A DNA stretch of 64,000 bases, taken from Planctomycetaceae bacterium. Its GTDB lineage: Bacteria > Planctomycetota > Planctomycetia > Planctomycetales > Planctomycetaceae. Position numbers and translations under genes: made by a program. The notes under the pieces are model-generated. The model was given only the letters and a program-made list of their open reading frames with translations, had not been told where the DNA came from and did no database searches. This document shows, one piece after another, positions 30,733 to 40,600 of this stretch; positions within the stretch are counted from its first letter, which is position 1; each line of letters opens with the position of its first letter. Where the stretch lies: positions 961-64,960 of the forward strand of contig JBQTIL010000040.1 of NCBI GenBank assembly GCA_052388175.1, written 5' to 3'.

Positions 30733-31038
30733 TCAGATGCGCGTTTCGGAATCGACGTGCACCGCCTCGACGGTGGTGAACAGGGCATGGCTGTCGAACT
30801 CAGGGGAGCTGAGGTAGGCGACAATCCTGTTGGCGGTGTCGGGTTGCACGACCGTTTCGATCCGAACGCGACTCGACCCTGAGAACGGGTCTTCGATGCC
30901 TTCGTGGCCGCCGCGCCCCCGGCAATCGACGCAGGTGTACCCCTTGGCGCCCACGCGGACGAATTCTTCGAGCAGCATCTGCTCGAGCGCGGCGTCAGCG
31001 ACGACGGTCACCCGCCTGACGGCAATCAGGTTCCCCAT
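30733..31038 (-). CDS. Small P-II-like (ferredoxin-fold) protein, function unknown
   Basis: 101 aa from ATG 31038, which has AGAGG upstream. The pattern VTVVADAALEQMLLEEFVRVGAKGYTCVDCRGRGGHEG...RIETVV resembles the beta-alpha-beta/T-loop layout of GlnB-type P-II proteins. The assignment is tentative. Confidence 0.4.
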   Translation of the reverse strand: MGNLIAVRRVTVVADAALEQMLLEEFVRVGAKGYTCVDCRGRGGHEGIEDPFSGSSRVRIETVVQPDTANRIVAYLSSPEFDSHALFTTVEAVHVDSETRI

Positions 31039-31320
31039 GCCGTTCGACCTCTGTTCATGAATTCCGCTGAAATGATCTGGCGCTGGCGCCAACCTCTCGT
31101 TGATTCTACTGAGTCTCCCCCCCATGCGAATGTTACAAAGCCGAAAGGGGGCCGTACCTTTTATGAGATGGGCGAGCGGCCGGTGTCAGCCGGCCGGTGG
31201 AGCCAATGATTCCCTGAACTGCAATTCTTTGCGCCGGAGGTTCGAGCAACGCTTGCCGTTACCGGGGAGCCGACGCCCCCCGCTCGCCAGTGCGCGCCAT
31301 TTCTCCAATTGTGCTTCACT

Positions 31321-31495
31321 CGTCCCAAGCTTCGGCTTGAAGATCCCGGCGCGCCGGGAACGCTCCGCTTTGCCAGACTGCTCGCTCCCGAATTGCCGGA
31401 AGCGGGAGCTTCCACGCCTGAGCGTGCCCAAGCGGGAGCTTGGGCACGAGTTCGCTGCGACGTGATCATGCGAGACGCTCGGCGCTACCGGCCGG
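31321..31495 (+). repeat. Multi-hairpin intergenic repeat, copy A
   Basis: About 175 bp, alignable along its length to 34433..34605. The 74-bp core 31393..31466 matches 34504..34577 at 73/74 positions. Contains hairpins GGAAGC-GGGA-GCTTCC (31398..31413) and GTGCCCAAG-CGGGAG-CTTGGGCAC (31424..31447), plus the 16-bp palindrome TCCCGGCGCGCCGGGA (31344..31359). Confidence 0.85.
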
Positions 31496-31620
31496 CTGAC
31501 GCCGGCCGCTCGCCGGAGCGCGAACACAAATCGCGAAGGTTTGTGGTCGCGCTTTGTGTTGGCGCTAACTTCCTCTTTCGCAAGCGCTTGCGAGCGCGAA
31601 CACAAGATGGAATCGCCGCA

Positions 31621-33174
31621 TCACGCTCCACGTGATACGGTCGGCAACGACCAGAAGAATCGCACTTGTCCATCATCATGCTTGCGTTGGGACAAACGCA
31701 CACCCAGCTTGAAGCGCGCCTTGGCCAAAGTTCCACCGGAAATCCCAACCTGTGCGCCCTTTGCCAGCACTTCGCGCGCCTGCTGTTCGCCGCCCACCAG
31801 TACCTCACGCAACCACTCCACCGCTTCGTCGCAGCGCCAGCGCTGAAACATCCGCAAGTCGTCCTTGATATTGGTGTTTCCACCGCTTGCGACCGGCTGC
31901 GCTTCCCACACGAGTCGCCCCTCGTCGATGCGAAAGGCCAAAGGGGCAGGGAGGGGGCCGAGGTTGTTTTTCAGCGGGTGAAACATCCGCCGCGCGGGAT
32001 CGTCAGGGTCGGGAGTCACGCCCCACACCATCCGCGCCACGGCGGGCAATGCCTGGCTGCCCAGCGCGCGATAGAGCGCGGGCTGGCCGATCTTCTTGTT
32101 GAGGTGGTGGATGCCGACGATCGCCAGTCGGTAGCGGGCGGCCAGATCGACCAGGGGTTGCAGCATCCGGCGAATCTGCGCGTTGTCGCTCCCCACGGCC
32201 CGCGGAAAAAACGACACCAGCGGGTCGAGGATCAGTAGCCGCACCGGCGGAATCGGCCCCTCGTCGGGATCGCAGATCATCCGGTGCTCGCTGTAAGTGA
32301 CGCCGTCGACGACCAGCGGAAGCTGCACCAGCGGCTCGGCATACCGCTCGCGGACGACCGCCTCGATGGCGCCGATGTCGTCGGGAAGCACAAGCGGTCG
32401 TTCCCACGTTTCGCGCCGCCAGGGGGCCTGATCGTAGCCTGAAATGCCAGGGAGCGCTTCGATCAGTCGCAGCTCGGCCCCGAGCCGCTCGAGGCGCGGG
32501 CGAATGGTGTCGTCGATGGCGTCTTCGGCCGCGAGAATCAGGGTGTATCCGCGCCGCAGGCGGGGGGCGTCGGGCCCGGGCGCGGCTGGAGGCCGCGGCG
32601 GGTCAGCCGCCAGCGGCGACGCTTCGCAGGGCGCGTCGCGGCGGGCCGGGGGCGTCGCCCCCGGGGGAGCCGGTGCGCTGTGGCCGCGTTCCACCGCGTC
32701 ACCCTCACGCCGACGCGCTCCCCAAGGGAGAGGGGGAGGATCCGGGCTGGGGGGATTGACTGCCTCGCCGTCGGGCCACGCCAGGCCGCGGGAGAGACGG
32801 GCGGCGATATCGAGCATCAGGAGCGATTTGCCCACGCCGACGTCGCCCACGAGCAGGGTGAGTTTCCCGAGCGGAATGCGCCCCGGCCAGAGCCACGAGA
32901 CGGAGCGGCGGGTGGTGCGGGCGACCGGCTGCCGGATGACGTATTCCACCGGCTCGCGGGCCTTGTCGGGCTTCGCGCGCAGCGGTTCGCCCTTCTGCCA
33001 AACCCGGATGTTGGGGCCGAGCCGGCATTCGGGCGGACAGGGAGGCTCTTTTTCGCGGCCGAATTCGGCAGGGGGCTGCGGCGATTCGGGAATTTCGATC
33101 GAAGAAAGGCCGTCGGCCCGCTCGGCCCAGAGATCGGGTTCGTGTTCGCGGTGAGTGGGCATCGGATTTGACAA
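31621..33174 (-). CDS. AAA_25 / RepA-like RecA-fold ATPase (mobile-element replication/helicase-loader type)
   Basis: 517 aa. Has Walker A LLVGDVGVGKSL, then ILAAEDAIDD, Walker B-like LLILDPLVSFF and AIVGIHHLNKK, in the order typical of AAA_25/RepA/DnaB-like ATPases of plasmids and islands. The C-terminus is HTH-like (AVEWLREVL...ISGGTLAKARFKLGV). Confidence 0.75.
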   Translation of the reverse strand: MSNPMPTHREHEPDLWAERADGLSSIEIPESPQPPAEFGREKEPPCPPECRLGPNIRVWQKGEPLRAKPDKAREPVEYVIRQPVARTTRRSVSWLWPGRIPLGKLTLLVGDVGVGKSLLMLDIAARLSRGLAWPDGEAVNPPSPDPPPLPWGARRREGDAVERGHSAPAPPGATPPARRDAPCEASPLAADPPRPPAAPGPDAPRLRRGYTLILAAEDAIDDTIRPRLERLGAELRLIEALPGISGYDQAPWRRETWERPLVLPDDIGAIEAVVRERYAEPLVQLPLVVDGVTYSEHRMICDPDEGPIPPVRLLILDPLVSFFPRAVGSDNAQIRRMLQPLVDLAARYRLAIVGIHHLNKKIGQPALYRALGSQALPAVARMVWGVTPDPDDPARRMFHPLKNNLGPLPAPLAFRIDEGRLVWEAQPVASGGNTNIKDDLRMFQRWRCDEAVEWLREVLVGGEQQAREVLAKGAQVGISGGTLAKARFKLGVRLSQRKHDDGQVRFFWSLPTVSRGA

Positions 33175-33600
33175 CTATTTTACCCGGGGTGAAACGAGCG
33201 CGCCGAGATGAATCGGGCGCGCATTTGGAAAAGAGCGGGAAAAAACTGCGTGCGCTGCGCATCAAGGGCGAGCGGGGGGGCCGCAAATGAATGGCGAGGC
33301 GTCAGCCCCCCGGTGGGATCAAGCGAAATTGAGTCGCGAACTCGTTTCGCCGGCGGTTCGCGAGACACTGGCAGCGAGCGGAGGGGCAGACGCCCTTCCC
33401 AATTCGAATCGGGGTCGGGGCGCTTCGCGACCCGAAACTAATTTGGGATTGAGCGTGCCGCAGCTTGGCGTGATTGATGTCGCCCCTGCCGGGGCTGCGA
33501 ACAGGGGGCCGGGGCGGGGGGGTAGTATGGGCATACTTTGTTCGTTTGGATCGTTCTCAGACATCTGCAAGTCAGGTTTTTTGTGAAAGGTTGGGGGACG

Positions 33601-34422
33601 ATGACGAAGTACGTGCTTATTGCAGCCTTTGCTCTGGGGCTAATCGCCTCGCCGAGTTTTGCCGGTCTGATCGTGGATTACAATTTCAACGGGAACGCTC
33701 TCGATTCGAGCGGATTCGGAAACCACGGCACGATCACCGGTAGCCCAGCATTCGTTGCCAGTGACTCGTCCCAGGCTATAGCTTTCAACAACCCTCTGGG
33801 CCAGCAAAGCGCGACGCAGTTCGTGAGCCTGCCGAACTCGGCCAGCATACTCGCCTTGAGCAACTCATCGTTGACGTTCGCTCTCCGATACCTAAGTACG
33901 GACACCGGAACGTCGAATGGCCGACTCTTTGGCAACGCGGGGAGCCTGGGTAGCACCGGCATCCTTCATAGTTATTTCGGTGGCACCAATAATTCAGACA
34001 GCCATGTAGTTGGCGCAGCTGGCACTGTGAGCTCCCGACCCGAGTCCGATGCCGACCCGTTAGCCTTTACGAGGGACGGCCTCTGGCACTGGACGTTCAC
34101 GGTTTTTGACCGGGCTACCAGCACGTTCGACTACTACGTCGACGATAACCTGATCGTGTCGAAGTCGTTCGGATCGCTTGGTTCAGTAAGCTTAACTAAT
34201 CTCCTCATCGGGGCAAACTCGTTCGGTGGCGTCAACACGTGGTTTTCCGCGCGACAAACCAGTGTCGACGGTTTTCGCCTCTATTCCCATGCGCTGAGTC
34301 CGGCGGAGGTCAATCAAATAGTGGGCGGCGCCGTCCCGGAGCCGAGTAGCCTGATACTGTTCGGCTTGGGCCTGACGGGGTGTGTGGCGCCGCGACGCCG
34401 CAAGAGCTGGGCAAACCGGTGA
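33601..34422 (+). CDS. LamG/concanavalin-like secreted protein with a PEP-CTERM sorting signal
   Basis: Has signal peptide MTKYVLIAAFALGLIASPSFA and Laminin_G_3-like segments (YNFNGNALDSSGFGNHGTITG...LTFALRY...DGLWHWTF...VDGFRLYSHALSPAEV). The C-terminus is VPEPSSLILFGLGLTGCVAPRRRK. GC content and codon usage are visibly lower than the flanking genes (tta, ata and agt codons are used). Confidence 0.75.
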   Translation: MTKYVLIAAFALGLIASPSFAGLIVDYNFNGNALDSSGFGNHGTITGSPAFVASDSSQAIAFNNPLGQQSATQFVSLPNSASILALSNSSLTFALRYLSTDTGTSNGRLFGNAGSLGSTGILHSYFGGTNNSDSHVVGAAGTVSSRPESDADPLAFTRDGLWHWTFTVFDRATSTFDYYVDDNLIVSKSFGSLGSVSLTNLLIGANSFGGVNTWFSARQTSVDGFRLYSHALSPAEVNQIVGGAVPEPSSLILFGLGLTGCVAPRRRKSWANR

Positions 34423-34432
34423 CAGATATCCC

Positions 34433-34605
34433 TCGTCCCCAAGCTCCCGCTTGGGGACGCCTTTCTCCGAAGCTCCGCTTCGCCACGACTGCTCCCTCCC
34501 AAGTTGCCGGAAGCGGGAGCTTCCACGCCTGAGCGTGCCCAAGCGGGAGCTTGGGCACGAGTTTGCTGCGACGTGATTCACGAGACTTTCGGCACGACCG
34601 GCCGG
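34433..34605 (+). repeat. Multi-hairpin intergenic repeat, copy B
   Basis: Direct copy of 31321..31495. Contains four hairpins: 34435..34458 (GTCCCCAAG-CTCCCG-CTTGGGGAC), 34468..34482, 34509..34524 and 34535..34558 (GTGCCCAAG-CGGGAG-CTTGGGCAC). Confidence 0.85.
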
Positions 34606-34624
34606 TAGCCAGTGCTCGCAATTC

Positions 34625-37600
34625 TTAATCGACGATCGATAACTTGATTTCGTCGGAATTCCCTTTCAGCTCGGGGGCGTACATGGCGTAGGCCCGCGTG
34701 GGGAGTGCGCTGAACCGGCCTGGAATCTCGGCCCGCATGCGATACGCCACGCTGTGCTTTCCGCGGGCCAGCCAGCGGACAAAGAAGCAGACTTTTTCGT
34801 CGCGCAGTTCCATGTAGGCCCCCAGCCCATCGCCGCCGTAGCCCGAGCGGACTTCCTGCGGCTCGAAACCCGAGGCCTTCATGTCTTCGAAGATCAGGTA
34901 CTCGTAGTCGTTCTTGCTGTCGATTTCGAGCTCGATCTCGACCAGGTCGCCCGATTTGAGCGTGGCGAGGTTGGCGAGCTCTTCGCGCTCGTACTTTTCG
35001 ACTTTCTGATCGAGCGCCTGGCCGCGGGCGCCCGAAACCTTCACGCTCTTGTCGACCTTCTTCAACCGGTAGTACTTGCGGTTGACCTTCACTTCGAGCC
35101 CGGCCCGCGTGATGAAGTCTTCGAGCGTGAAGTTGGTGAGGTAGGCGTTGTAGTAGACCGGGCCCGCGCCCTTCTTGCGCAGTTCGAGCGTGTGCTGGCC
35201 CGTTTCGACGGCGTCGCCAAACAGCACGAACTGGTTGTCGAACGTAAACAGGTTCGAGCTGTCGATCTTCACCTCTTTCTGCTTCTTGCCGTCGAGCCAG
35301 ACTTCGAGCGTCATGTCGGGTTTGCCTTCGCCGCTGGCGACGAGGTATTCGGCCAGCGCTTCGATGGCAATGGCCGTGTCGCGCGTGCTGTTCCAGTACG
35401 TGGCGTGCTTGCGGTTGTTGAGCAGGTATTTGACCAGCCGCGAGGCCTTTTCGTCTTTGGGGGCAGTCTTCGCCAGCAGCTTCAAATAATAAGCGTTGGC
35501 CTCGGTCTCGCTGCCGTACCAGTACCACCAGGAGCTCCCTTCGGGGAGCTTGAGGTAAGCGGTTTGGTTCTCGTCGTCCTGCACGAGGAACTGCTCGATG
35601 TTCGTGAGGATCATGGCCAGCTTGTCGGCCTGCTGCTGCTTGTGCAGGGCGAGGCCATAAAGCGCCTTGCCGTAGACAGCCAGCTTGGTGCGGTCGCGGT
35701 ACAGGAACTCGAGCATGTCGTTGTCGGCCACGTCGGCGTCGACCAGCACCATGTAGACGAAGGCGTCGAGGTTATCGGCCGAGTCTTTCCATTCTTTGTG
35801 GGCCTTCTTGTCGGCCGCGTTCTTGAGGAGCTGCACCTGCCGCGTCTGGTAGACCTTCAGCCATTCGACGCCCCGTTCGATCACGCCCGGCACGAGCGCC
35901 ACGTCGTTCGATCTGGCGACCTGCAGGCCATGCACCACGAGGGCCGTGGTGTGCGGCCAGCTCTGTTCGCCGAAGCCCGAAAACCAGCCCCAGCCGCCGT
36001 CGGCAAGCTGCATGGCGGTCAGCGCCTGCAAGCCCTCTTTGACCATTCCGCGAACTTCTTCTTCGTCGAACACCGGGTTGCGCTGGTAGCGCTTCCAGCC
36101 CTTGGCCCGCTCGCGATCGTCGCCGATCTCCTGCGCGTTCAAGTTCGTGCGCTTCTCGCGAATGTCTTTGAGGTTCAGATTCATCCGCAACAGGATGTTC
36201 TGCGTGATGACCGTCGGCAGGAAGCGGTTGAGCGTCTGCTCGGTGCAGCCGTAGGGGTAATCGACCATGTAGGGAAGCGCATCGACCATGGCGCCGGCGA
36301 GGGTCGGCGAGTAGCGGAGCTCGAGGCGGCTATCGTTGATGCGGCGTTCGGCGGGTACGTTGAGCGTGACTTTGCCCGTGTCTTTCTCGGGCCGGATGAC
36401 GCCGGCGAACGATTCCATCTTCGACATGCCGTGAACGAAGACGGGGAACTTCATTTCCATAGCATCGGACTCTTCGTCCGTGAGAGCTTTCATGCGTACG
36501 ATGGCGACCCCCCCAGCCCCTTCGTCCGCAGCGGACGTTCGCGCGACCCCCCCAGCCCCCCCTTGCAAAGGGGGGGAGGTTGCGGAGGCCCCTTGCGAAG
36601 GGGGGGATGAGTCGCGAATGACCTTCACGCGCCAGTCGACGCGTTGTTCGCCGCCGGCGTCGATCGTGACGCTGGTGGAGGTGTTGCCCAGCGGTGCGAG
36701 AGCGCCCCCTTCGAGCTCCAGCACGACCTTCACGCTTTTAGCGCTCTTCAGGTAGTTGTGAACGTTGGCCGAGAGGACGACCTCGTCGGTCTCGACGAAA
36801 AACCGCGGGGCCTGCAGGCGGACGAGCAGGTTTTTTTTGGTGACGACCTCGGCTTCACCCTGGCCGACGCGCGTGCCGGCCCCCAGCGACCAGGCCTTCA
36901 CTTTCCAGCCCGTCAGGTTCTCGGGCATGTTGAGGGCGATTTCGGCGTTCCCCTCGCGGTCGGTGAGAATGGCGGCGGCCCAATAGGCCGTGTCGGCGAA
37001 GAGCGAGCGAAGTGTTGGGGCGGCGAGGGGCGCTTCGCCTTCGCCAGCCTGTCCCTCTTTTGCGAAGGCTACTTCGTCCCTCGAATCGGCAAGGGCCTCG
37101 GACATGGGCGCGGCGGCGGCCGCTTCGCCCCCGGCCGCGCGACCGGCGCCGGGCGCGGGGCCGCGGGCACCCATGCTCTTACGCCGCGCCATCCCACCCA
37201 CACCGCCGCGCAGGTTTCCATCATCTTTCGCTTGCATCTCATCAATGACCGACTCGCCGAAGATCCCCAGATTGCCCATCGGGGCCTCTCCCGGTCGCAG
37301 CAGGTTCACGAACCAGCGGTCGAGCGTCGATTCGCGCTGCGGGTGATGGTGCCGGCGCCACTTCCAGAAGAATTCCCTGATCTCGGGGACGTTGCTGCCC
37401 CCCGAAATGTATTCGACGCTCTTGTCGTAGACCGAGAGCACGGTCGAGCCGACGAACGGCTTGCCGGCGAAGTCGGTGAGCTTCACCTTCAGCGTCGCCT
37501 TTTCGCCCGGCTTGTACTCTTCCTGCGAGGGAAGCACGGCGACGTTCAGGACGCGCTTCTCGGGCGGCACGATCACCTCACGCAGCTCGCTGTGCAATTT

Positions 37601-40600
37601 GCCATTGGCAATCGTGAACGCCTCGATGAAGAAATTGGGCATGTCTTTTTGCACGACGCCGATTTCTTCGACCGTGCTTTTACCCGCGAGCAGAACGACC
37701 TTGGGCGGCAGATAAATGCCGTTGGTCGGGCGGACGAACAGCACAACGGCGCCGCCTGCGCGGTTGGTGTTGATGAGCAGCCTGATCGTGTCGCCGGGGG
37801 CGTATTCTTTTTTGTCGGTCACCAGTTCGAGATCGTTGAACCGGAACTCGCGGCCGGTGAAGTCGTCGCCGCGGACGACGAAGACGTAGCCCCCTTCGAT
37901 CGTGCGCCCTTTTTCGTCGGTCAGCTTGTACGAGAGCCGGTACTGGCCGCTTTGCCCCGCCTTGATCTGCTGGCGGGCCTCGCCCTGCTCGTTGGTGTCG
38001 AGGTTCCATTTTTCGATGGGCGCCTCGACCGGCTGCTGGTTGGCGTCGTAGGTGACGCGATAGAGCACCAGCTCGCCCTTGCCCGCGACCGGCTTCTGGT
38101 CGAGCGTGTGGGCGTGAAAGCGGGCTTGGATATCGTCGCCGACGCGGTAGTGGCCCCGGTCGACCCACGCGAAAACTTTGAACGGCTTGCGCGCCACGAG
38201 CACGTTGCCTTGGCCGACGATCGTCCGCCGCGATTCGTCGACCACCTCGGCCGTGATCGAATACTGATGGTCGACGTCGCCGTGCAGCTCTTTGGCGGGC
38301 AACGTGTCGATTTCGACTTTGATCGTGCCGTCGGGGCCGATGGCGACTTCGTTTTCGCTGACGAGCTCGGGAGGCTGCTGCGGCCGGCCCCACCACCAGG
38401 CGATCGGGCGCATACAGCCCCAGTCGCGCCAGCCGGGGTACCAGCCGTAGTCGTAGGCAAACCACCAGTACCCGCGGCCGTAGAACCAATCCCACGGCGC
38501 CGGCGGGTGCCAGTGCGCGCTGTGCTCGCTGCGGAGCACCTTGTATTTGACCTTGGCGTTGACGACCGGCGCGCCGAAGTAGTATTTCGCCTGGATGGTG
38601 GCGGTGATTTTTTCGCCCAGACTGACCGGCTCGGTGGGGGCCTCGACCTTCACCTCAAATTCGGGTTTCTTGTACTCTTCGACGCGAAAGCTGCCGCCGC
38701 CGCGATTGACGATGAAGACGCTGTACAGCCCGAGCGGGCACGCTTTGGGAAGCGGGTATTCGCCGTCGAGCCCGCCGAATTCGTCGGAGGTGAAGGCTTT
38801 CTCGAAGACCTTTTCGCCCTGCGGGTTGTTGATCTGCACGGTGAACGACTGGCGGGCGAATTCCGACTTGTCGGGCTGGTCGTATTTCGCGTGCCCCACC
38901 CAGAACTTGAATTTCACCGACTGCTCGGGGCGATACACCGGACGGTCGGTGATCGTGAATACTTTCGTTTCGTTGTACTGGGCGTCGTAGTACTGGCCGT
39001 ACCAGACGTGGCTGAACCCGAGATACGCGAGGCGCCCTGAGTCGGTGCGGGCGATCGCGACCCACTGGTGATTGGGCGACTGGCGCTTCTGGTCGAGGAC
39101 GATCTGCCCGTTCTCGTCAGTGAACTCGGAAAAATTCTCGGTGACGATCTTGTATACGTTGCGGTTCGGCTGCACCTGCACCTGCTGGTAGCCGAAGAAC
39201 TCGACGTTGGCCTTGGCCACAGGGCGGCCGGTGACGGCATCGGCCACGTAGTAATACGACTGGCCGGCGAGCGGCTTTTTGACGATGACGGTGTCGGCCA
39301 CCCACACGATGCTGCGGGCGACGTTGCCGCCGTCGATCTTGGCCGTGACGAGATAGGCGCCGGCGCGCTGCAGCGGCGTGGCGACGGTGACGCGGTCGTC
39401 GACGTGGTTGGGGCGGGGTTTCAGATCGAGGTCCCAACTGGCAACGCGCCCGCGGACGTACTGATTCTGGTTGACCTGTACGAGCCGGTACCCGATGTCG
39501 CCGATGTTCAGCTTGTCCCAATCGAGCTGGTTGGGGCTGCTTTTGAGGTAGGCTTTGACGTCGGTGAGGAGTTTTTCGACGTCGATTTCCCACGCCTCGA
39601 ACGAGACGCGGCGACCGTTGCGAAAGCGATAGGCGACCGTCGCGCCGGCGCCTGCTGGCTGCGTCTGGCTGTTTTCGAAGCGCCCCCAGTTGCCCACGAT
39701 CTGCTGCAACCGCTCTTGCCGCGAGTTGTTGGGGCCGGGGCCGTATTCCTGAATCGCGCGGCGCCAGTAATCGGCGGCTTTGGGGTACTGCCGGCGGTCT
39801 TCGAAAATCTGGCAGAGGGTGTTCAGGGCCTGCTCGCCCTGAGACGATTTGCCGCGGCCGGCGATCTGCTGGTAGAGCTTCAGGTAGTTGAATTCGTCGG
39901 GCAGCTTGAAGCGTTTGATGCCGGTGGCGAGGCGGGCGATCGTTTCATCTTCCCCGAGCGTGTGCAGGGCATAGGTGCCGCTCTCGTCTTTCTTGAGGTC
40001 GTCGTCTTCTCTGCCGCCCCCCCAGAAGCCGAACCGGGCGAGGGTCTCGACGCCGAACTGCTCGCGCAGGAAGTTGGCGAAAATCAAATGCGTGTCGTTC
40101 AGCAGGGTGCGGTCGAACTCGGCGGCCTGCGTGAGCATCCAGCGCCAGCGCTGGCCGTCAGACTGCGCCTGTGCGTAGCTTTTGGTTTGGTCGTGAAAGA
40201 CGGGGTTGCCGTTTTCGTCGACGGGCGCGGCGCGATCGTCGGCCCCACGCCACCAGAATTGCCCCTCTTCGTAATCAGGAAGTTGCGCGAGGTCGGTCAG
40301 GTATTGCAGCCGCCACGCTTCGCGGTAGCCGGCGCCGGCCAGCAGGAGATTGGCGAACGAGAGATGAAAGCGGGCGACGGCGGGTTTGTCGTCGTCTTTG
40401 AGCGCGAGAGGCAGCGCCTGCTGCATGAGCTGCAGGGCGCGGCCCCGGTCGCGGGCCAGCGAATTGACCTGCTTCCCGCCGCCGCGGTGCCCGCCGCGCT
40501 CGAACTTGCCGGCGATGATGAACCCGTAGTGCTCGCCGTGGGCGTAGCTGTTGGCGGCCGTTTCGAGCAGCCGCCAGTTGTCTTTGTGCGTCTCGATGAC

